NCBI GenBank assembly: GCA_044892525.1
Contig: CM097885.1
Span: 29,762,001 to 29,826,000, forward strand
Length of the DNA: 64,000 nt
Direction of reading: 5' to 3'
Source of the DNA: Schmidtea polychroa
Taxonomy: Eukaryota
Shown: positions 38,025-48,670 of the stretch, one piece after another
Position numbering within the stretch: the first letter of the stretch is position 1
Layout: every line of letters begins with the position of its first letter
Notes under the pieces: model-generated
Told to the model about the DNA's origin: nothing
The model's input: the letters and a program-made list of their open reading frames with translations, nothing else
Databases searched by the model: none
Translations under genes and position numbers: made by a program

Positions 38025-41000
38025 GCAAATATTAGTTAAAAAGATAAATTATTTCTACACACATACACAACCCATTAACCATTATTATTATCATTATTAG
38101 TGAAAACCTCAAATATTTTTTACACACACACACAACCCATTAACAATTATTATTATCACTATTAGTGAAAACCTAAAATATTTTTACACACTAAGTTATG
38201 GGGTAGAGAATTATTATATGTTTGCAGTATTCTGTGTTTGCCTTTACAGGAAGTTGTCAATATGGAGCGATAATTTTATACATACATTCTATATACACAT
38301 ACCTTGTTTAACATGGGTGTATATACTCCTAGTCTATCCGACAAGATATTCTGTCCCCCTATGGGTAATGCTCACAAGGGTACTACTCACATTCAACATA
38401 TCGCAAGGGTATATTAATTAAGGTTAGTAAATAAAACCTATCACACACACTATTTAAACGATAAAAATCAAGACAAGAGAGGACAAGGCAAAGTGTATGC
38501 ATTTAGTATTGCCAGGCCTAATGAGCAGTGATCAAATATCTGTGCCTGAAAGACACGGTGGATATTTGTTCGCGTCCACAAGGGTCGTCTGTGCCTCCCC
38601 CAAGTGGGGTCAGAAGAACCTGGGCATTATAGCTTTCCGTACGGAACATTACGCCTAGCATGGGTAGTCAACTACCAGCACATTCGAAACGTATAATTTC
38701 AAAATACATGCGTCATTGGCACTATAACCAAATTAATTAATGTTTTCACTAACACAAATATATATTTACAGAGGCCTCCCACTAGTTGGATTACAACCGC
38801 CCACCACGACGATCAGCTTGTAAATATATATTAATTAAGGGATAAAGAGGACCCACCCAACCCTATTATATTTAATTTACAAATTTTTCTCGCTCTTCTG
38901 CTGGTATTCTATCTCAAAATTATCATCTCCATCGGGCCATTTGGAATACATCTTGCGAATTGGACATATTTCTTAGTTTCTGATGTGGCGTCAACTATCA
39001 TTGCTAAAATTTATATTGATTTAAAAGCAATTAACTTACATTATCTAGCATTTTATCGTCACAGGCTTGATAAATTAGGCAACTGTTATTTGTGGTATAC
39101 TTTTTCAATGTCATTTCCCACCATAAAACACAGATACCTAAATATAATATATATATTTTAAAGAATTAATTCATGTCTTACATTAATAATAATATTCTTC
39201 AGGTAGTACTTTACAATATCTAATTGCTAAAACATCGGTTTTTCCCATTTTTCTTGACAATCGTTGAAAGTTTACATAATTTAAGTCTGATAATTCATGT
39301 TGAAGGACACCCACAATCAGCTACTACATTTAAGAAATCCGGAACATAGCAATGTTTCACCATTTTGTCTGGTTCATTTTTTTCTATAATTCATGTTTTA
39401 ATAAGAAATTTCTAAATCCAGAACATAAGTCATTTAGTGTTTCACCATTTTATCTGGTTCATCTTCTTCATAATCATATAATTCATTTTCTTCATTACTA
39501 AGTAAAATAATTAAAATATTGTAGTAAATTCTTTATTTACTTACTTTATGGATACTAAAACGAAAGAAATAAAGTTATATCAAAAGTATATTTAAATAAT
39601 TTAAATTTAAATAATTTAATTTAGTTATTTAAAAATATTTAAACAATTTAGTTATTTAAGCATATTTAAACATTAACATTATTATATAGTATAATTTTAT
39701 ATAATATTATAATTTTATGTACACTTATATATCCTTCATTTAATTTTTTAAATTCAAAATTTATAATGAAGATTCTTTGAATTAAAAAATATTCTGTTAG
39801 TATTTCCAGGCAGTAAACAACGAATTCAATAATTAAAATCTTAATTTTCATGTTGTTAGGGTTGTGGCCAGAAGTTAATCGCCATCTAATCGTTTGTTCT
39901 CAATTTAGCTCATTTTTGTTCAAAACATTCAGGTGAGTTGTTATCTGGAAAGTTTCTTTGAGCTCAGTTTTGTTAAAACACTCACGGTATTTTTGAGGGA
40001 CGTGTCACTGGAAATAAATTAACAATGGGTAGTCATACATACATGTTGTTGGTTTGAACTGTTGATTTATTTTAGAAATATGTATATTAAAAACATTTAA
40101 GGTATCATTCAGTAAAATAATATAGTATTTTTGAGTATTTTTAGTTGATTTATAAATAACAGTATTTTGATATATCAATAAAGACCATATACTCCTAGTT
40201 TATCCGACAAAATATTCTGTCCCCCTATGGGTATTGCTAGCAAGGGTACTGGTCACACTCAACATGTCGCAATATTAATCATTTAGAAATTCTTAGGTAA
40301 TTTAGTGAGATGATCGTGAATATTTTAAATGTAACTTTACACTTATGTCGAGCGACTAATTTATTGGTTAACTTTTTAGACATTTAAAGCAAAAGGTAAT
40401 TTATTCATCTAATGTTCGTTACAATAGATAATAATATGAGAAAAACATGGTCATTATTCATTGATAATTTTAAATTCTTTATCATTTGGAGTAAATTTGT
40501 TTGAGGCAAAAATAATTAAAGGAGTCATAATAGAAATATGGTTATCATTTATCCAATTAAGGGGCTTATTAGTTAGAAATATAAAGTAACAATTCTTTTC
40601 TAATTTAATTAGATGATCATTAGACGTAGTATATCTTTGCGAGAAATTTAAGATGTTTGAGTAACCAAAACAATGATATTTTGGATCATCAATTTATGAA
40701 TATTGGTTAATTTTGTTATTTTTAGTCATTTAAAATAATATTTAGCAAAGGTAATTTAGCAAAATATCATTTATCCATCCGATAATAATATTCCTTCAAT
40801 AGATTTTACCTTTAATATTCAACCGATTTAATTTCTAGAAATCTAATTAAAATCATAAAATTCCTTCAATAAAGTTAAATTTTCTTTAGCCGTTGTCGAT
40901 TTCCAACTTTTAAGTCAATATTTCTCAAGTTTTGTCACTGATGTCCCCACAATGAATAAAATAACTTCTTAAGTAAATAATTTAAAGCAATAACCTTTGA

Positions 41001-41710
41001 TATCAATCCCAATTAATTCTAAAGATTTCAAATATTTCATTGTGAAAACCAAGTAAATTGATCATTAACCCTAAACGACTTAATAAAACAATGGATAATT
41101 AATATAAAACTGGTTCTAAAACATAAATCTAAATTACTGTGCAATAACATTCATCACAACCTAATAAACCTCTAAAACGATATAATTTCACAGGAACTAT
41201 TATTAATTCATAGCTAAATACTGACTATTTCCCTTTAAAATTTTACCAATAAGAACATTGTCGATTTAAATAGAGATTTCAAACATTTCCACCTTAACCG
41301 ATCCCTCACCAAATATTTCTATCATTTTAAACACCTTAAAAATCGTATATTACCATCTTAACCAACCGACTTTAATATATCAGACCTTTAATATATCAAT
41401 TCTCTTAAAATCCATAGAAAATTCTTCAAAATATGAATTTTATTTATTTGTTACAGACATCCGTCCATTGAAATAATTTAGTATCTAAATTCATGTAGTA
41501 AGAGCCCATTAAAAAAATCAAAATTCACTAAAATCAATATTTTCTACAAATATTTCACCACATTTACCATCAAATACCTAACTAGAAATGAAATATATTG
41601 ATTGATCATAATTCTTCATCGATTCAGCTAATTATATAGCAATTATAACGTGATATATCTTTCAAAATCACAAATTTCAGTATATTTTACAATAATTTTT
41701 ACAAAAATTA

Positions 41711-41744
<34 letters not shown>

Positions 41745-41777
41745 TAATAATAATAATATTAATAATATTAATAATAA

Positions 41778-41844
<67 letters not shown>

Positions 41845-41874
41845 AACAACAACAAAGGATACAAAATACATTTA

Positions 41875-42258
41875 TTAATCATCAAATTTTTTATACAACA
41901 ACCAAGCTAAACAATGTTGACCGCATGTTTGTGTCAAGGGATTTTGAAACATTGTTTTATTATATACAATAGGTTTCCCCATTGTTTGTAGTTTTGATAC
42001 CAACAAAGCAGGGTAATAGAAACCCATAGGATCGAACACGAATATATTACTAGGTTTCACATATATAGCAATCCAATGTTCTCCACCAAGATGAGACGAT
42101 TGAGTATTGACGATTATGGCTTGATTATTGCTCAAATATGGGATTTTATCGAGAGGAAAAACTCCTACAAATTCATTTCCCAATATCTGTTTTCCAATTC
42201 TATTGACCTGAACAGAACTACTTTAATAAATTAAACAGTATTGAAAAACTTACTCCAT
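41875..42258 (-). CDS. Polinton adenain-like cysteine protease (probably spliced)
   Basis: FVGVFP, IIVNT..GEHWIA, FDPMG and FQ..TQTCGQHC motifs; ATG at 42258 joins in frame via a GTAAGT..AG intron. Confidence 0.9.
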
Positions 42259-42286
42259 GACAACTTTTTGGTGTTTCTGTATACAT

Positions 42287-43510
42287 TTATACTAGCACGG
42301 TTCTATTTGCAGTAATTTGAACTTCATTTTCAAATACTCCATATATTATAACATGTACTGGTTCAGTAATGGCCTTTGCAAACTTTATATCCAGTCGTAA
42401 ATTCCCGTTTTGTGGTAATTGACTCTGATTTAAATCAAAATCGGGAGCTAGAACAAATGTGAAAAATGGGTATTTGCTTTTAAATTCTTCAAGAGTTATT
42501 CCGCAATTCAAGTTTTTATCTAAATAACCCAGATTTCTAACAATACTCTGCATATATGTCGCACAGTAATTATCATTCTCGAAATCTTGAGTATATGTTT
42601 CTCTATAATCAGTATTTTTCGATAAAGTCAATGAAGTAACACCAAAATTTTTGAAAATTGAGCTGGAAGCAGTATACGATCCATTATATTGCGTTTCACT
42701 TTGAAATGTTACCAGAATAAAATTAGGCATTCTTCTGTCACCAAATATTTGTTCTTTATAGAATGATGAAGCACCTTTAGCAATAGCAAATTGTACAATT
42801 TCCTTTGTTTTTAAAGGATAAATTGCATGTTTTGAATTAAGCCCCAATTGATGACCAGCTAATACTGACGGGTCTACTCGAACTCTTCTCACCAATAATT
42901 TTGCATCAACTAATTGACATATTGGTGCACCAGTTGCACTAGTAAGAGACAATGCAGAATCAGATCTTTTCAGTCTAATATGTATATTAACTCCCGGTAG
43001 TAAATATTTCGGTTGATCCATAAAATCAAGTTGTAATGATGAGCACATAGTGAATACTTTTGAGCCTTTAACCCACTTTTTTCTTTCATCATCTGCTGCT
43101 GCATAACCCATAGGTGTAAGACAGGTATTTTTAGTATCTGAATTGTAATTTAAAATAGTTTCTATCAAAGCCTTGTGAATGAATGTATTATTTCCACCCT
43201 CAATCTTGATATTATTAAATCCCAACACTGCATCTTTAAACAGAGTATGAAACATGAAATTGTTTGGTAATACATCCGCATTGGCATCCAAAACCTTTCT
43301 ATCTTTATCTACAACCTTGATCTGAACAGTCAATAAAGTATCGTTCAAATCTAAATATTCAGTTTGCGAACCATTAATATAAAACTCGATATCATTTCTA
43401 CTATCAGTAATTGAATTCATAGGAAAAACTTCCTCAAAGGCACCAAATTCTATTACTGCCTGGGGCGACGGTCTATCAAATATACATAATTCGGATTTAC
43501 CACAAATCAT
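42287..43510 (-). CDS. Polinton major capsid protein (double jelly-roll, PY-like)
   Basis: 407 aa; KSELCIF, IEF.I.G...YLDLNDT.L, KYLLPGV.I.I.L.R and GNLRL.IKF motifs as in Polinton MCPs; position within the capsid module. Confidence 0.9.
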   Translation of the reverse strand: MICGKSELCIFDRPSPQAVIEFGAFEEVFPMNSITDSRNDIEFYINGSQTEYLDLNDTLLTVQIKVVDKDRKVLDANADVLPNNFMFHTLFKDAVLGFNNIKIEGGNNTFIHKALIETILNYNSDTKNTCLTPMGYAAADDERKKWVKGSKVFTMCSSLQLDFMDQPKYLLPGVNIHIRLKRSDSALSLTSATGAPICQLVDAKLLVRRVRVDPSVLAGHQLGLNSKHAIYPLKTKEIVQFAIAKGASSFYKEQIFGDRRMPNFILVTFQSETQYNGSYTASSSIFKNFGVTSLTLSKNTDYRETYTQDFENDNYCATYMQSIVRNLGYLDKNLNCGITLEEFKSKYPFFTFVLAPDFDLNQSQLPQNGNLRLDIKFAKAITEPVHVIIYGVFENEVQITANRTVLV

Positions 43511-43869
43511 TTTGCAAATATAGTTCCATGTCCTTTCATTCGTTTGTTTATACGCGATATTCCATGCCCTTTACGTTTTGGAGCTGGGACTGGAGGTGTA
43601 TCTTTTTGAAACATACCAGCAACTCCAGGTAGAACCTTCCCTAACTCAGCTAAAGCATTTGTTTTTAGGGATGGTAATATTTTCTGTTCATTAATAATCA
43701 CATCTTTTGCAGTTTTCATGCCAAAACTACCAATACGTTTAAGAATGGGAAGTGCAAATCTCCCTATTGTTTTTAACCAACCTGATCCATACTGTTTACC
43801 AATAAAATATGGTAATTCACCACCAGATTGGCTATCACTATACATACTAATAATATCGGAATTAGCCAT
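43507..43869 (-). CDS. Small basic Polinton core/structural protein
   Basis: 120 aa; QSGG, QYGSG and KGHG Gly motifs resembling adenain cleavage sites; basic C-terminus; overlaps both neighbours. Confidence 0.7.
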   Translation of the reverse strand: MANSDIISMYSDSQSGGELPYFIGKQYGSGWLKTIGRFALPILKRIGSFGMKTAKDVIINEQKILPSLKTNALAELGKVLPGVAGMFQKDTPPVPAPKRKGHGISRINKRMKGHGTIFAK

Positions 43870-44864
43870 CTACTTTACGAAAATGTAGTGTCAAATGAGT
43901 TTTTGAGTCTTTTGGGAAGTTTATAAGTTTTCCACTATCGTCACGAATATTTATTTCTATATTGTTTATACATGAGCTTGAAATTGGTAAATACATGGGA
44001 TTATCTATATTTATATTGACAACTTCATCATGTTCATATTTTCCAATCCACACCGATTTCAATAGAGGAACACTGGAATCACCAACTATTATAGGCTCAA
44101 TAATATTAGTATATATGAACATTTGTTGATGATGTTCAAGTATTCTTGGTTTACGTATACCAGCCGATTTTTCCCGATATTGCTGCTTCTCTAATCCAAG
44201 TGTATTTGTCAAATTTTTCGCAAATGTCATCATTCAAACTGAAGGTAAATAACAAATCTTTCACAATATCCAAACTTTTAAATATGTGTGAACAATTATA
44301 CTTTAAATATTTAAGTAACACATCAAGTTTATCAATATATAATTCGTCAGCGAAGGTGAATGATTCTTCAACTTCATTATTATACGACACTGAAATTTTG
44401 ATTTCTTCTCTCATTACACTGTTTGCTTCAAATAGATCAAAGCGTAATAAATATTCTGTTTCCATAACTTCATTTTTCAACTTATTGCAACCCATTAGTC
44501 TGGCATCTTCAATATAATCGAATGTTATTGTAAATGGTTTAAAATCACAACTGATATTTAATCCATCCTTGTAAAACATAGTGCAATGCTGATCTAATAT
44601 TTGATTCGGAATATGATATGTTTTATCATAATTACTGATAATAAAGATACCACTACATGTTTTCATAGCATTCCTTTTGAAATCAATCTTACATTGACTA
44701 TAAAATGGGAATGTATTGTACACGAATGTAAAATCTTGCAGTGCAACTTCCCAGTCACCATTTAAAGAAATCGGATTCTGGAGATTGACCATGAATTTAC
44801 TGGCTTGATTATCTGAATAAATAAGCGGGCAACTATTGCTTGGTAAAATAGTATAAAAATTCAC
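43862..44864 (-). pseudogene. Polinton minor capsid (penton-like) protein, frameshifted near 44230
   Basis: N-terminal FYTILPSNS..N....F...L..PI.L.GDWEVAL and C-terminal MFIYTNIIEP.IVGD..VPLL..IRDDSG..LHFR lie in different frames; start codon uncertain. Confidence 0.8.
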
Positions 44865-45916
44865 TTTACTAGGTCCTTTTCTGATATCCATGATGGGTTT
44901 TGATAACCATGCCATTTGACATAGTATTGTTTATCCTTGCCTTTATTTTTAGTTTTCAAAATCTTCTGAATTCTAAATACTTTTGGGGGAGGAATAACTT
45001 GTAATTCCTGCTCATAAAATTTTCCTTGTACAATATTGTTATCATTGTCTTTGATGACATACATTACAGGATTCTGTTTAGTATTTATTTTTGAAATTAC
45101 AAAGACTTCATCACTCCAATTCGTATCAAAATTTTTAATAAATGGTGATGCACTAATTTTACTAATTCTAACATGGTCACCTACTTTATATTTCGGTTTT
45201 GTAACTTTTTCAGATTTTTTAGAATAGATTGTTTTTGACGTGATATCAGTCGGCCTTAATCCATTCAGTCCTTGATGTGATGAGTGATTATAACTGGTTA
45301 TTATTTTTGGTAAAACCAATACCCATTTTTTATTACCTTGATGCACGAATAATTTCTTTAGTCTATCTCTCAAAGTTCGGTTAAATCTTTCAACATGAGC
45401 AGCTTTGTATTGAGAATGTACTGAGTAATGGTTTATTTTCAATTTATTGAGGATTTGCTTGACTTTACTGTTGTAGAATTCTTTACCTAAAATAATAATA
45501 ATAATAATAAAAATAATAATATTAATACCTAAATCAGTTTGCAAGTTTTTAGGATGTCCATCTTTAAATAAATGATTAACAGCTTTGGACATTTCATCTG
45601 CAGATTTTGCCTTGACGGGTATTGCTCGGGCAAACCGACTGAATACATCAATACATGTTAAAATATATTTATACCCATTGTTAATTTTCGAATAGGGTAT
45701 CATCTCCATCAAATCCATTTGCCATAAATCATTTATTCCATATGTTTTATATGCTCTTGTTGGGAATCGTTTCTGCATTGGTTTGTTCAAACTGTACGCA
45801 AGCTGGTCTGATAACCACTTCTGAGTTTCCTTTTTCGAATTCGGAACTCTTTTCCTTAATTTTGCCACTCCACCAAAACCGGCTTCGTCTTCCGGGTTCG
45901 TCCAAATCTTCTCCAT
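44861..45916 (-). CDS. Retroviral-type DDE integrase with C-terminal chromodomain; 42-nt intron
   Basis: WQMDL, LQTDLG/KEF and VERFNRTLR catalytic motifs; IQKILK..QYYVKWHGY..SWI chromodomain; likely start at MEKIW. Confidence 0.93.
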   Translation of the reverse strand: MEKIWTNPEDEAGFGGVAKLRKRVPNSKKETQKWLSDQLAYSLNKPMQKRFPTRAYKTYGINDLWQMDLMEMIPYSKINNGYKYILTCIDVFSRFARAIPVKAKSADEMSKAVNHLFKDGHPKNLQTDLGINIIIFIIIIIILGKEFYNSKVKQILNKLKINHYSVHSQYKAAHVERFNRTLRDRLKKLFVHQGNKKWVLVLPKIITSYNHSSHQGLNGLRPTDITSKTIYSKKSEKVTKPKYKVGDHVRISKISASPFIKNFDTNWSDEVFVISKINTKQNPVMYVIKDNDNNIVQGKFYEQELQVIPPPKVFRIQKILKTKNKGKDKQYYVKWHGYQNPSWISEKDLVK

Positions 45917-45974
45917 TACAACAAGAAGATTTAATATTAAATTTAATGTCTGGTAATGAAGGATTAGCACCCAT
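45747..45974 (-). CDS. Small putative myristoylated protein overlapping the integrase 5' end
   Basis: MGANPS N-terminus and SSCC motif; ACAATGG start just after the upstream stop. Confidence 0.5.
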   Translation of the reverse strand: MGANPSLPDIKFNIKSSCCNGEDLDEPGRRSRFWWSGKIKEKSSEFEKGNSEVVIRPACVQFEQTNAETIPNKSI

Positions 45975-45977
45975 TGT

Positions 45978-46466
45978 TTATGATCGACTTCCTATTATTC
46001 CACCTAATAATGATATTGCTAAAGGTATCAATGCACCGATAAATCCCCCTTGTTGTTTATATATAATTTTTCTCATTTGTTGACGATTTTTATTATTTAC
46101 TAATGATAGCAAAGGTTTCCTATGTTTACTCAATAATTGCTTTTTAGATTTACTGATTTTAATCTTGCCTTTGACTACTTTAAGTATAATATCGAGTAAA
46201 TCATCGACAACATAATTTGGAAATGATTGCAAAATACTGTTTCTTTTCATACTTGGTGCCTTTAACAATGTATTGAAAAACGGGAAACTCCGATGATTTT
46301 TAACAACTTTTACTTTCTTAGTGGTTTTACTTTTAGGTTTAGGATTTTTCGAAATAAGATTCATTGCAGGAAAATTTTCTGTAATAAGATCTTTAGATGG
46401 AGTATAACTAGTTGTTGGTGGAACTTTTGTTTGTTTTTTACCCGATATCCTTGTTTTTGAAAACAT
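45978..46466 (-). CDS. Basic Polinton virion protein with C-terminal amphipathic peptide
   Basis: Lys-rich; ends QQGG/FIGALIPLAISLLGGII, like adenovirus pX-type cleaved peptides. Confidence 0.75.
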   Translation of the reverse strand: MFSKTRISGKKQTKVPPTTSYTPSKDLITENFPAMNLISKNPKPKSKTTKKVKVVKNHRSFPFFNTLLKAPSMKRNSILQSFPNYVVDDLLDIILKVVKGKIKISKSKKQLLSKHRKPLLSLVNNKNRQQMRKIIYKQQGGFIGALIPLAISLLGGIIGSRS

Positions 46467-46479
46467 GATTTATATGTTT

Positions 46480-47118
46480 TCAACTTTGTTTTGAACTTTG
46501 TTTATATACCATGGCACCTTTTGGGTTGAAAATATCTGTTTTTACCCGTATATCATCAGGGCATTGTTGTGTGAAATCGAGAAATATATACCCATCCGGT
46601 ATTTTCGTGGCATCTTGAAATGCACTGATAAGAAAATTACGGTTATTAGGGTATGCTTGTCGTCCAAGAAAATCAATGACAGTTGCATCTCTAGGATTCT
46701 TGAAAATAACTAAATATTGTACATTTAAATTACGTGTTCGATGTGCACCACCTTGATGAAATAGATTTTGTGTTATGAAAATAACTGTTACACCAACATG
46801 TCTGCTGATTTTTGTGAATAAATTATTAAAGTCCTTTTCTTTATTGGCTTCTTGATACAAATCATCGATAATGATGACATCATCTTTCTTCAAACGACTT
46901 GACCAGTTTTTATCAAAGCCCTTTACTATTTTCATGTTTTTCAACTGACAGAAACTTGATTGCGTCAATCCGTGTTCTTCGTCGGCGCCCCTATGCCAAT
47001 AAATATTGTTGAATTTTGTTTTAAACAAATTTGATTTTAGTAATTTACAAACAAATAAAGTTTTCCCGCTACCACTTGGACCAACGATTTGCTATACTGC
47101 ATCATTTCGTAATTCCAT
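46480..47118 (-). pseudogene. A32/FtsK-like genome packaging ATPase with an early nonsense codon
   Basis: MELRNDAV*QIVGPSGSGKT (Walker A; TAG at 47092-47094), IIIDD Walker B, SRH, ITQNLF, FKNPRD. Confidence 0.9.
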
Positions 47119-47222
47119 TTTTTAAATTTAAACTATATAATTATTGTTTATATTGATAATTTAAATGAACTCTGTTTTTAAATACCTATATATATCAAAG
47201 TTTTTAAAATTATTTCATTAAA

Positions 47223-47687
47223 ATGCTTTCAAATATAAATTACAGGGCAAAAACTGATGTATCAAAAATGGTATTTCCAATAGGGAAACCACAACAACTT
47301 ATCAATAGAAGTAATAAATATCCAATAATATATTTCAAAACTGGTAAATGTAGAATTATGGGGTGTAAGGAAATAATCAAAGCTAGTGAATATAATGTTT
47401 ATGATTTAGAAATACAATCGATAACCGTAACTTCCGATATAGGTTTTTCTTGTAATTTAAATAAATTAGCTAAATTAATACCATGCTTTTATGAACCAGA
47501 ATTATTTCCAGCTTTGAGATATATAAAATATAACCCTATGTGTGTAAATATATTCGCTAGTGGTAAGATAGTAATTCTTGGAATAAAAAATATTGATTAC
47601 AAATGTATAGTTGATAATATCATATCTGAAATTAAATCAATAATTGAAGGAAAAGAATTTTTAGATTTTTTATTATCACTTAATTAA
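47223..47687 (+). CDS. TATA-binding-protein-like protein
   Basis: YEPELFPALRY..VNIFASGKIVILG matches TBP repeat 2 (YEPELFPGLIY..LIFVSGKVVLTG); IYFKTGKCRIMG matches repeat 1. Confidence 0.85.
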   Translation: MLSNINYRAKTDVSKMVFPIGKPQQLINRSNKYPIIYFKTGKCRIMGCKEIIKASEYNVYDLEIQSITVTSDIGFSCNLNKLAKLIPCFYEPELFPALRYIKYNPMCVNIFASGKIVILGIKNIDYKCIVDNIISEIKSIIEGKEFLDFLLSLN

Positions 47688-47727
47688 TTATTTATCATTC
47701 AATTAAAACAAAAACATACTGCAATCT

Positions 47728-47762
47728 GATTGGATGATAAACAATAGTCATAGGTATAAAAA
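47728..47762 (+). promoter_or_regulatory. Candidate Pol II promoter (inverted CCAAT plus TATAAAA)
   Basis: GATTGG at 47728 and TATAAAAA at 47755, about 40 nt before ATG 47796. Confidence 0.5.
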
Positions 47763-47795
47763 CCCTGTACCATTTCATTTTAATCATAATTCACA

Positions 47796-48215
47796 ATGAC
47801 CAAGAAAATTTCAAGCACTGAAAAACCAAAAGTAGTTCCAGAACTTGTACAACCTGTTCAAATGTTCCACAACTACAAAATGTATTTTTTAAAAGAAGAA
47901 ATCAATATGAAATTGGTGTCACCGATCAAGCTAATTCCTACCCAATTTCAATTCTTAACCGGCACGCTTTCAATGTTAGATATTAAAACCATAGATGATG
48001 TTTTCAAAAGGTTGAATACGAATCTATCATGCAATCAATATGCATTTTTCAACAACCGATATGCAAAATTTTATGATTCCTTTGATGAAATCAGTTTCAA
48101 AGAAAACGAAAATTGGTATATAACAATTACAATCCAAGGATATAAAGTTGATAATAATGATGTGTATTCTCCAATTTGGAAAATTATGTCTGCTAGACTT
48201 TCACAGTTATTTTAA
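47796..48215 (+). CDS. Hypothetical Polinton protein, possibly an OB-fold ssDNA-binding protein
   Basis: 139-aa ORF with promoter motifs and downstream AATAAA; beta-rich C-terminus ITIQGY..SPIWKI. Confidence 0.6.
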   Translation: MTKKISSTEKPKVVPELVQPVQMFHNYKMYFLKEEINMKLVSPIKLIPTQFQFLTGTLSMLDIKTIDDVFKRLNTNLSCNQYAFFNNRYAKFYDSFDEISFKENENWYITITIQGYKVDNNDVYSPIWKIMSARLSQLF

Positions 48216-48311
48216 TGTTGTATTTAATAAATGTATTTAGTCATATTTGTTTTCGCTTATATTCTATATTTTCTATAAACAAATATATACTATAGTTTTA
48301 AAATACTAATA

Positions 48312-48670
48312 ATGACTACAGAAAAAGGTTAATATGATTAGTTAATTATCGAATTATTTAATATTTAGAATTTATAATAAACTTTTTATTGGAAAAGTTA
48401 GCAGAAATATCTGGTGTGAAAATTGAGGACATATTATCTGTTACAAACGCATTAAATATCGGCTGGGTAGCAGAGAGTGAAGATTCGGAATTTGATGAAA
48501 CAGATGAAGAAAACACTCAAGATGATGAGGAAAGCATTCAAGAAATTGATGAACCTATGGAGGAATTTACGGATACTGAACCGTGTGTATATAGGGATTG
48601 TATAGATCATGTTGTTGAAAATGTTATGAACTGTGGAGATGATGAATGTGAATGTGTTAATAAATTTTAG
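48312..48670 (+). CDS. Acidic hypothetical protein, probably two exons
   Basis: ATG 48312 plus GT-AG intron 48328-48368 joins in frame to ORF 48389-48670; D/E-rich with a Cys-rich tail. Confidence 0.55.

Noticed and set aside
40400..41640. Possible decayed gene on the minus strand inside the Polinton
   Set aside because: Frequent stops and no motif I can recognise; needs a profile search
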